From: the human T2T-CHM13v2.0 reference genome, Homo sapiens
NCBI RefSeq assembly: GCF_009914755.1
Contig: NC_060947.1
DNA length: 64,000 nucleotides
Strand: one strand, 5' to 3'
Shown piece after piece: positions 52,651 to 64,000 of the stretch. The translations under genes and the position numbers were made by a program. The notes below the pieces were generated by a model. That model ran no database searches and was not told the DNA's origin. It was given only the letters and a program-made list of their open reading frames with translations. Every line of letters begins with the position of its first letter. Within the stretch, counting starts at the first letter, position 1.

Positions 52651-55209
52651 TACTCAGTAAACAGAAGTAATTACTTTTTGAACTAGTACACTGATATAAT
52701 CACTAACTTTCTGGGATATGGTTCTGTTTCTTCATTATTTTTTCCAAATCAGTTTGTCAACTTAAAAGAGAATTAGTATCCTTTGATTAATTTATTAACT
52801 GATTTTTCAAAAAGCTGATTTTTGAAAATTAGGTTTTAAAGGTAGGAGTTCTATAAGGTATATGCCATTTTCCCCATATTTTAGAAATTAAAATATTGAA
52901 GGGAGAGATATAAATTTAATGTTCCTAATTTAATCGAGAAATAAAAGTTTCTTAATATCGATCAATATTCTATAACTGTGTATTGCATGAATGAAATATT
53001 TTCCACGTCATGGGTGAAACACTTGATTTTGAAGTGTAGCATTTGTGATAGCTAGACACAAAAGTTGTCTGTGTAGTAACAGTGACTGTAATATTTTGTT
53101 AAATCAATATTTTGCTTCGGGATTGAAACAAGAAAGATCCAAAGCAAACAAGCAACTGATTGTGCCCTTCCCAGGGCAGTGGACTCCAATCTTTCTAATC
53201 CCATTTTTGTATGTCACAATACATCCTAAGCAGCATTGTTACTCAAGGACTGAATAAATGAAGTAAGCAAATCTAGGCCCTGATCATTAAAGAGTAAATC
53301 ATTCAAACGTGTATATAAATCGAATTGTTTTAGTCTTTTAGGTCATTAGCTCTTTTTCAGGACAACTACTGCAATGTTTATCAGAGCTAACTAACCTTAA
53401 ATTCATTTGGTGAAAACAAATGCATAGATTTCAAGTTAATGCAGAAGATGAAAGGACAATCATTTGTTAAATGTTTATTTTTCCAAAAATATTTTTCTTT
53501 GAAGGTCAAAGAAATTTGAGATTCCCATTTTCTTAACTAAATTTATTTAAGTTCAAACCCTCCACTAATTAGTACTCTATAAACCTTGAAGGCTTTTCTG
53601 TGTCCCAGTAATTTTCAGGAACTTTTAATTATTTTTATTAAAAAAAAAAACCTAAACTAAGATTAGCACTACAAAGATAGAACTATAAATTTTGATTTGG
53701 AATTACTGTACAATAATCTAGAACTGGAGACTTAAAATTATATTTTAGATGACTAAAATGAGTTTCATAAAGATAAAGTAACTTGCTCATAAGTCACATA
53801 ATAGCTTAATTTGAAATTCTAAGAGAAATAAATTTATTTTTTCTTGCTACTGAGACATGAGAAGAACAGTTTGCACTGTAATTTCATTTATTCTTTCAAT
53901 AATTCAGGAAGTTTATTAAGCAAGGCCTAAGTATTAGAATTTCAATTTCATAAGATGTTACATCCTAGAAATAAGGATTTTTTGTTTTCATTTACATTTA
54001 TTGGACTTTAGGTTGGTGTGAGCCATCAATTACCATAGCTAATTTCTCTTGGAACTCTTTCGAAGTGATTGTACACTATGTCTGACATCATATTTGTCAT
54101 GCTCAACCTCTAATGAGCTAGCTGATCAATGTATTACAACACAATATGTCAAATATTATTATCAGTGTCCTATAGTGGCCAGGTAAGGATCCTGTTAAGT
54201 TTTCTCCAAAACGTAACAGCAAAGTATAATCAAAGTGCAAATGCTCAGTTTTGCTTATTCCTCATCGCACCCACAATCCTGGCAGAAGTATTGCTTGCAT
54301 ATTAACTGAATCTATCTACAAGTCATGAAATGCTTGGCGGTGAAGAAAAAAAAAAAAAAGGATTACTGTGTGGCTATATTTAACTACTGGCCTCTAATTA
54401 GACCTCCCAAAAAATCTGACCATGTTTAACCTACAAACTAAGCAGGAGAACAATTACATATTTGACCTCTGTCATTTAATCAAAACCTCAACAATGCAAG
54501 AGGGTGTTACTTTTGAGCTCTAAAATGTATAATACACAAAAGCTAGTTTTACTGCAGGATTTAATATTGAAAGTTTCCATAATAAAAAGCTGGATAAGCA
54601 CATTAACATTTCAAATTGTGTGTACAATCAACTTTTACTACATGGATTCTCATTTAACTCAAAGGACTTTTTATATCTCCACTTTGAACACAGAAGTTAA
54701 AACTATATAGAGAACAAGACAAGTCAGGACAGATCTGCAAGCGCCAACACTTTCCAGATTTCATAGAACACGAAGACAATACTATTGCCCTTTAAAATTG
54801 AGATTATACTGAGGAGTAGTATACGAACCCTGAAAACATAGTAGGTGTTTAAAAGAAGTAGAAATAGGACTAAATAAATAATGGATAACATTTTGGGGAA
54901 GAGCTTCCCCAGTTCCTGTCAAAGCTAGTAGTTTAAATTACAACACTGGACCTGCTTCAGATCTCTAAATAGAGGGAAGGGGATGTTGTTCAACAAGAAA
55001 AAAATTTAAAAATAATTGAAAAGTATCCTCAAATTTATTTTTACAAGAGAAGAGTGTTTTCTTTAGGAAATACCACTCTAAAAATATACAAGGCTCTTGC
55101 AGTAAAAGGGCACAGTGAACACCCAACACTGGCATTAAGATCCACCTCAATTTTGACAGCTTCTTTATCTAATGTTTAAAGCCACCTATGACCAGAGAGA
55201 AACGGAAAA

Positions 55210-56230
<1,021 letters not shown>

Positions 56231-56820
56231 CACCTCAGGCATACTCCCACCCACTCTCTGCAACTTCAGATAAGAGCAAGACAGGAAGGAAGCCTGCTGT
56301 GTCGTGTCTTTCTGCCTCTGTCCAGGCCACAATAGCCCCTGACTATGACTGTTTTCTCAAACTTGGACCTGACTCCCCGCAGGGCCTGGGACTGTAGCTT
56401 GGCAGTAACTCAAACTTCCTTAGTTCTGGACCCACCCAGGCCCCCAAAGCGCCATTCTACAAAGGTTCTGTTCCTTGATAATAATATCTTCCTTTTAAAG
56501 GACACCTAGAATCCTGTTTATAGTTACCCAGTTGATTCTTTCAACAAATTGTTATTTTTTTTATTTGCTTGCTTGTGTTTTGAAATTTTAATATCTCAAC
56601 CTAAGGCGATGCTAGATCAGAAAGATAGGGCTCCTGCCTCCCCAACACCCCATTTTGTAGATAAGACATGATGAGACAGAGAAGGGTGGAAAGCTTACAA
56701 TAAATTCCTGAAATAATCTAGATTTTTCACTCTTCCAGGTCAGGGAAACCAGTGTAAAGTCTCAACCCAGAGACTGTTTCTGTTCAGCCACCAGCTGTGA
56801 AACCTGCAGGGGGAAAAAAA

Positions 56821-56824
<4 letters not shown>

Positions 56825-56858
<34 letters not shown>
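56825..56858. repeat. (GT)n microsatellite about 0.8 kb upstream of ITM2A
   Basis: About 17 GT units. Confidence 0.97.
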
Positions 56859-56861
<3 letters not shown>

Positions 56862-58889
56862 AGTACTTATGTGTTCAGGAAGGTGGAGGTGGAGGTGGAG
56901 GATACAAAATTTAGCCAGATGCTAATACCGATCTAATGGAGGAAAAAACAATAACTTCAAAGGGGTTGAGTTAGAAATTATTCTTGGAACATTTACATGT
57001 GCAGCCAGTATAATCAAGCTGTTTCTTCACAGTCAGTTTTTCCAGGTTAGTGATACTGATAGAGAACCTTACCAAGTACAATGCAGGCTTTGGAGGTTGC
57101 TGACTGGGGTAGCACTGGTACACAGTTTATAAATAGTCCCGCTGCAGAAGACAGGAGAAAGGTCTGTTGTGTGAAGACAGTAGCACTTACCAAAACAACA
57201 GCATCAAACAAAACAAAACAAAGAAACAGCTTTTGCTACAGAATTTACCATCTACTCATCTACCTAAGAAACGGACTTAAATATGTTGAGTCGCCACCCC
57301 TTCATCCGAAAAATTCCAACTTGGCGTTTTTCCCACTGATGTTTCCTTGACTCAGAAGCCTGTCTCCTGTTTCCACTGTGGGACCTTTGTGAAGACAGCA
57401 TTCATTTTCTTGGATAGGCCACAGATGGGAAGGTGGATGGAGGGGAACAGCGGGGAGCCTGTGCCTTACTTAGGGCCAGAATCTTAAAAAGCAGGATGTT
57501 TGAGTTTGCTTAGAAATATTGGCATCCTATGTTCTTTCACTTATTATTGCTCAAGATTGACCATTATAATTTAATATTTATCAGGCAACCTTTAGTGTAA
57601 GCTGAGGAACTCTCACCTTCCTAGAATGTTTCTCTTTACAGTTGCCTTCCGCTTGCAATCACCTTTGTGACATCTCCACTATGGTCTGTGCTAGTCTGGC
57701 CCGGTGATCCACACTCATGGTTGCTCTTGCACATTTACTTAGTAAGTGCAAGGTTCTGGGCGGGATTGTGATGTATTATCTTAGTATATCTTTCCTGAAA
57801 TGGGGTCGGGCAGAAGGAGAGGGATTCTTTTCATTTTTTCAGATGAATAGATCAAAATTATGATAACGATCAAGGGAGTATGTGATCAATTTCTGGGTAC
57901 ATAATATTGAGCAAGTCACTTCGTCTTCTCAGATGTCAGTTTCTTCATTTGTGTCCTGTTGCTGTGAGGATTATTTGGTATAATGCAAGAGGAAATACCT
58001 TTTAAATTATTATGAAAAGGATAGGGAGTGAAATGTTTTGTTATCCTGGGATTGTTATTTTATTCTGTAACATACGCATGTTTCAAGCTTATAAGAATTA
58101 TTCTTCTTATTATTTACCCTTCAACCATTCTTAACATTCTAGAACTGCTTAAGATCCCACAGTACCTGAATATAGGTCTTACTGGAAAAGGTTAAACTTC
58201 TAAGAATAGTCACATAAATTGACATCTAACTTCTCTTTTGGATTTTGAAGAATTTGGCCATCTCCTATTTGTTAACAACGCATCCTCTTTTAGGTATGGG
58301 TCTTTGCTACCGTTGGACATATGTGATGCAGGCACAGTCTCACATTGGCAGATACCACAGTTTCCTTCTCAATATATAAAATAATACTTGTGTTAGGATC
58401 ATAGAATAGCAACAACACCCATTGTCTGTATCCATTCCAGGAAGGTTAAATAGTTCCTGAATATTTTTTGAACTGCAAAATATAAGCTGCCACTTGCTCC
58501 TAGGGTTGAAATCAGTAATGAACACACTTCCGTCTACTAAAAAAAATGATTCTCCGCTAGGCTCTTTCTTGTATTCTCTCCTTCCCAGTAACAATTTCTT
58601 TTTTTCTAGAATCAATTTCTCTCACTTTCTTGTCTTTGGAAAATGGGGATCTGGCTGCTATGCTGATTCTAGCTCACATTGTTAACTACATCTGAATGCA
58701 TACCATTCAAGTTTATAAATGACTTCCCTGTTCTCACATGCCAAATGATGACTAAATTATCATAAGTTGGTCTGAATGGAACATGGCATGTAATTGAATG
58801 CCAAGCAATGATGTCAACTTTCTTTGAATGATCTTCTGAAATTACCACAAATGCAATCACATAAAGCTAAACCAATAAGGGTATCTATA

Positions 58890-59040
58890 ATACCATTTCA
58901 CCCATTAACTCATGTATTCATTAATCAAATATTTACTGAGGATCTACTATGTGCCTTGTGCTGTGATTGGCATAAGAATACAGTGGTGAGCAAAACAGAT
59001 ACACTCTTGTCCTTACAGAGCGCATCATTACTATACCAAT
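58890..59040 (-). mobile_element. L2 3' end remnant
   Basis: ttcattaatcaaatatttactgaggatctactatgtgcc...gtgagcaaaacaga. Confidence 0.65.
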
Positions 59041-59479
59041 GGCAATGATGTACTTGTCGTGGGTTCTCCAGTTTTTGTAGTAGGAACACTGGGCTTATGC
59101 TGTGGAGTAGGATATAACAATTCTACAAACCAGCAGAATAGGTCCACCCACAGCCAATGCTACTAGGAATATTTAAATGACTAGCACATTTGCAATGGCT
59201 TCACATGCAGCACTCTATTTAGGAAGATTAATCTGACAGCAAATGTATTGGGAAACCAGTTGGGGGTGCTCGTCTATATTCCTGGTGACAGGTGGTGAAC
59301 TATATTGATAATTGAAACACTGAAAACAAAAGAACAACTTCCAAAGAAGTCTAGGAGCCATTCTTTACAAGGCCTGCTGCTGGAATAAGTCATATGAAGG
59401 AGAAACATTAGAAAAAAAAAAGATTTTGTTTTGAATGAATGGGAATTCCAGACTGGGAAAATGGTAGTGCCCTTAATAT

Positions 59480-59700
59480 GAAACATTTGTTGAACACAGT
59501 AAATGCCAGATTTCTGCGCTAAGCCCTTTAAATTGATTATGTCATTTAATCTTTACCACAACTCTGTGAAGTATTATTATATACTTCATTGCACTGATAG
59601 AGACACTGAATTTCCAAGAGGTTAGATAACTTGCTTAAGGTCAAATTCTAACCCAGGTAGTCAGTGTTTATATTCTTAGCCACTATATTGTCTTACTGCC
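59480..59700 (-). mobile_element. MIR
   Basis: catttaatctttaccacaactctgtgaag...gacactgaa...agaggttagataacttgcttaaggtca. Confidence 0.7.
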
Positions 59701-60685
59701 ACAAAAAGAAATGGGAAAATCAAGAAGAGAGCTGGTTTTAAAGCAGGAGAAAATAATCAGAATATTCTCTAGGGCATGAAGCATGAATCTCCTCCCCATA
59801 CTGCAAACAGAAATTCCTGCTTAGAATTTTATTCAGGACTAACCACGTTTGAAACCTTCTTAAGACTTTCCCAGCCTACCCATGACTATAGGCTACTGAT
59901 CCTAAAGCATATTTCTTCTGAGTTCTCCAGTTGCTTCTGTCAACAATGAAGCAGCTACACAGAGAGCTGGCCAGCCATCTGTTTCTGGGTATAATTCCAA
60001 AAGTTTGGTTTAGATCTTTAAAGAGCCAGGCTATTTTCCAGGTCCACTCTTTCCCTGTACACATAGCTTGATCCTGGGAGCAGAGCTAGTGCTCCCCAGT
60101 GAAAGTAATAGAAGGCATTTGCTTTCTGGAATAGATTATTGTTTCTCCAGGCCATTTAACGTTTTCTCTGTAGACTGAGTATGCTATGATAATAGGAGGA
60201 TGTAACATTTTCTTAAATATGAGAAAAGATTCCATCATCCCATCACAATGATGTGGTTATATATTCGAGGTTGAGAAGTTGTGTGCCACCCTAATTTATA
60301 AAAATCACTTTGCTTTTTTGCCACATAGAACAACCAAGTACATCTGATAAAAATGTTTGCACTTTCAATGCACCTTTCTAAATTGTGTAAAATTTCTAAT
60401 CTCATCTTAGACTATCTTTGGGGACTTTTAAAATAGCTATCTGAAAGGTCTTATGAGAACTCTAGTTCTGAGAAATGCAAGTGAGAAACTCAAATCTAGT
60501 GCCAGTAATGCTTTTGCGAATACCCAGTTGGTTCAGTTGCTCCATACTATAGCACCAAGTGATAGTAAGCTGTCTTTGTGACAGCTTCAGAGTTAGGTTC
60601 CCATTCAATAAAAGCACAGGCACTTGCATTTTTTATATATGATTGTTAAACCAAATATTCTTTTTACCTTCATGTTTGGTTTTGT

Positions 60686-60721
60686 TTGTGGTTCAACATA
60701 ATTGAACCACAATTGTGGTTC
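60686..60721. promoter_or_regulatory. Three RUNX consensus sites in two overlapping inverted repeats
   Basis: TGTGGTT 60687-60693, AACCACA 60705-60711, TGTGGTT 60714-60720; function inferred only. Confidence 0.45.
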
Positions 60722-62174
60722 CTAGTTTAGTCTTAAAGAACATAAAATCCAAAGTTGTTTTATGTTACAGAATTTACCTTGATTGTTCTTGTTTTGCAGT
60801 TTTTTAATTTTAATTTTATTATTTGTATTTGACACTAACTACAATGTATGCATATCCCAAAGCCTCCAACTATTCTAAAGTATGATGGCATCTTGGTAAT
60901 ATAGAAGCCAGAAAGGCATACACAACAGAGGAATGCTCTAAATTTATAGTCAGGTTGATGGCACATACTTGACTTCTTATTATTCCCAAAAAATTACATC
61001 AGATCGTGATTGGAAAACCCTGCTTGAGAATCCCCCATTTCAAACTCAAGGTCCACAAAAGGTACTGTTTATACCTCAGTGTGGTTGCCAGTTTCTGTGC
61101 TAGTGCAAAAATTGAGGTCCTGCATAAAGGAACACTGTAGTATGTGACAGCCTTTGTTCTGTTTTTCATCAATACATCAGTTATACTTCCTGATTTTCAA
61201 GTTAAGGGAATTATCCTCTCAGAATTTTAACTTTTGTTTTAGCAGCTTAATTTTAATATCTCCACCTTATTGAGAAGAGTTCTACAAAAAAATATTGTCC
61301 ACACAGCTTGGGAAGAAAGGGGTGTCTTCTCCCATGTTCTGTTTATGTTGCAACTAACACAGAGCAAATGCCTCCTTTCCTCACATTTGGCATGAAGATT
61401 TATAATTTAAATGATGCTACTAAATAGAGCAGATTAGAATAATAATAATAGCATCTATCAATGGAAATAGGTAATGACACAAATGCCAACAATTTTTCCA
61501 AATAAGGAGAATTTTTTTCCTCCCCCATTGACATGTTACTCCTTGATCTTTAAGCTTTAATAAGACCTCTTTACTTGGACTGCTAAAGGCTTACTTCTGC
61601 ACTCCTGTAAACCTTGCAAAGTAGCTATTAGGTATCTCATGCTGGTGTACCCTCATTCACCTTCCCTTTTGGCACTCTTTTTGTGTTGAAACTTTTAGTT
61701 ATGTGGCATTGGAATCTTACTTGGTAGTTAATTTATGAAAAGCTTAAGAATAAATCTATTCTCAGTTAATGCCTAGAGTCTCTATTGAAGTAAAAGGAGG
61801 CTTACATACATAAGAAAAATGCATGTATACTTAGGAATGACCCAGGAAATCAATTCACTTTGAAGAAAAATACATTCTATGAAATTGTGAAGAAACTAGG
61901 AACAGGATATAATGACTGATTAACAAAGATATTTGACAAATATTATGATGAATGTGCTGAGATTGTGGGCAAAGTGTGATTATGCCACCTATACAGCAAT
62001 ATTTTCCAAAGACACCTCTACAAGAAAATCATTAGAATTCTAAATCTGCATCGCAAATACACTAAAAATATCTCCTCAACAACTCAAAATAATCTATAAC
62101 TGTTTATATGTCCATGTTGGAAATTCAAAGAAGCCAAAAAATTCTTCCACCAAATCAACTATGCACACGATTTT

Positions 62175-62250
62175 TTCTCTCTCTGTCTCTCTCTCTTTCA
62201 ATCTCTTTCTCTCTCTTTCTCTCTTTCTGTGTGTGTGTTTGTGTGTGTGT
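62175..62250. repeat. (CT)n-(GT)n compound repeat
   Basis: Directly visible. Confidence 0.9.
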
Positions 62251-62550
62251 TTTAATGAGCATATTCTCTTGAGTCCTGTTTCTCTAAATCACACCAACAG
62301 ATTGAGCATCCAAAGAAATTTTAACTGGAACCCTCCAAGGCACATCTATTGTACTTTGTATTGAAGGTATATAGCATAGGATAGTACAGTTCTTCCCATT
62401 ATACACTGCACTTTAAACTAAAAAAAATATTAATACTGTTCTTAGTCCTTACTAGTATCATCTTCATTTTTGTGTTTTGTATGTGTGAGGGTGTCTGTGG
62501 AGTTTGCAGTTCTGACTTGCTTTCCTGATGAAAAATGGACAGAACCATTT

Positions 62551-63916
62551 TTTTAAATTTCCAACTTTTAAGTTTAGGGGTACATGTGCAGGTGTGTTAC
62601 ATAGGTAAACATGAGCCATGGTGGTTTGCTGCACTTCCCACTACCCAGGTATTAAGCTGAGCATCCATTAGCTATTCTTTCTGATCCTCTCCCTCCTCCA
62701 ACACCATACCTTCCAACAGGCCCCAGTGTGTGTTGTCCTCCCACAATGTGTCCATGTGTTCTTATTATTTATCTCTCACATATAAGTGAGAACATGCTGT
62801 GTTTGTTTTTCTGTTCCTGCATTAGTTTGCTAAGGATAATGGACTCCATCTCCGTCCATGTCTCTGCAAATGTCATGATCTTGTTCCTTTTTTCATGGCT
62901 GCATAGTATCTCATGGTATATATGTATCACATTTTCTTTATCCAGTCTATCATTGATGGTCATTTGGGTTGATTCCATGTCTTTGCTATTGTGAATAGTG
63001 CTGCAATGAACATATGCATGCATGTATCTTTGTAACAGAATGATTTATATTCCTTTGGGAATATACCCAGTAATGGGACTGCTGGGTCAAATAGTATTTC
63101 TGACTCTAGGTCTTTGAGGAATCATCACAGTGTCTTCCACAATGGTTGAACTAATTTACTCTCCCCTCAACAGTGTGAAAGTGTTCCTTTTCCTCCACAA
63201 CCTCGCCAGTATCTGTTGTTTCTTGACGTTTTAATGATAGCCATTCTGATTGGCATGAGATGGTATCTCATTGTGGTTTTGATTTGTATTTCTCTAATGA
63301 TCAGTGATGTTGAGCTTTTTTTCATGTATTTGTTGGCTACATGTATGTCTTCTTTTGAAAAGTGTCTGTTCACGTCATTTTCCCACTTTTTAATGGGATT
63401 GTTTGTTTTTTTTCTTGTAAATTTGTTTAAGTTCCTTGTAGACTCTGGATGTTAGATGTTGGTCAGATAAATATATTGCAAAAAGTTTCTCCCATTCTGT
63501 AGGTTGTCTGTTCACTCTGATGATAGTTTCTTTTGCTTTGCAGATTTTTAGTTAAATTAGATCCCTTTTGTCCATTTTTTCTTTGTCGCTCTTGATTTTA
63601 GCACTTTCGTCATGAAATCTTTGCCCGTGCCTATCTCCTGAATGGCATTGCCTAGGTTTTCTTCTAGGGTTTTTATAGTTTTGCGTTTTGCATTTAAGTA
63701 TTTAATCCATCTGGAGCTGATTTTGTATATGGTGTAAGGAAGGAGCCCAGTTTAAATATTCTGCATATGGCTAGCCAGTTCTCCCAGCACCATTTATTAA
63801 ATAGGGAATCCTTTTCCCCATTGCTTGTTCTTGTCACGTTTGTCAAATATCAGATAACTGTAGGTGTGTAGTCCTATTTGTAGGTTCTCTATCTGTTCCA
63901 TTAGTCAATGTGTCTG
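62551..63916 (-). mobile_element. L1PA11-13-like 5'-truncated copy
   Basis: TSD cagaaccattt at 62540-62550 and 63917-63927; ORF2 C-terminal peptide [10 protein letters not shown]...MRYHL (63167-63373). Confidence 0.92.
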
Positions 63917-64000
63917 CAGAACCATTTCTAAGAGACAAATTGAGGTCCCGTGCTTTTGCAGTGACTGCAGAGATTCTGGTACTCACTTTTGCCAAGAAAT

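Overview
Primate (very likely human) X-chromosome DNA, recognised as the ITM2A / KIF4CP region of Xq21.1. The only intact protein-coding gene is ITM2A on the minus strand: six coding exons, 55896->49772, 792 nt = 263 aa, all GT-AG junctions checked base by base, with a CpG-rich promoter at about 55.2-56.2 kb. The first 48 kb are almost all nested retroelements: L1MA, L1PB, L1PA and L1MC/D copies, Alus, MIR/L2, MER61 and LTR15-like solo LTRs, a complete MSTA MaLR element inside an old ERV-L remnant, and two retrocopies. The most interesting structure is the KIF4 processed pseudogene (11982-14898, 15-bp TSDs). Its 3' two-thirds are replaced, through a 5-bp microhomology, by an inverted L1PA7-type 5'UTR. 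The L1 sense promoter now points antisense into KIF4 motor-domain sequence. The L1 antisense promoter and an ORF0-like ORF sit directly upstream of the retrocopy's own AATAAA and poly(A). Other candidates are a TSD-less old-L1 patch inside the pseudogene, an orphan 3'UTR-only retrocopy (15385-15946), and a triple-RUNX double palindrome about 4.7 kb upstream of ITM2A. Repeat subfamily names and parent-gene comparisons come from memory of consensus sequences and were not searched. Functional suggestions are inferences.
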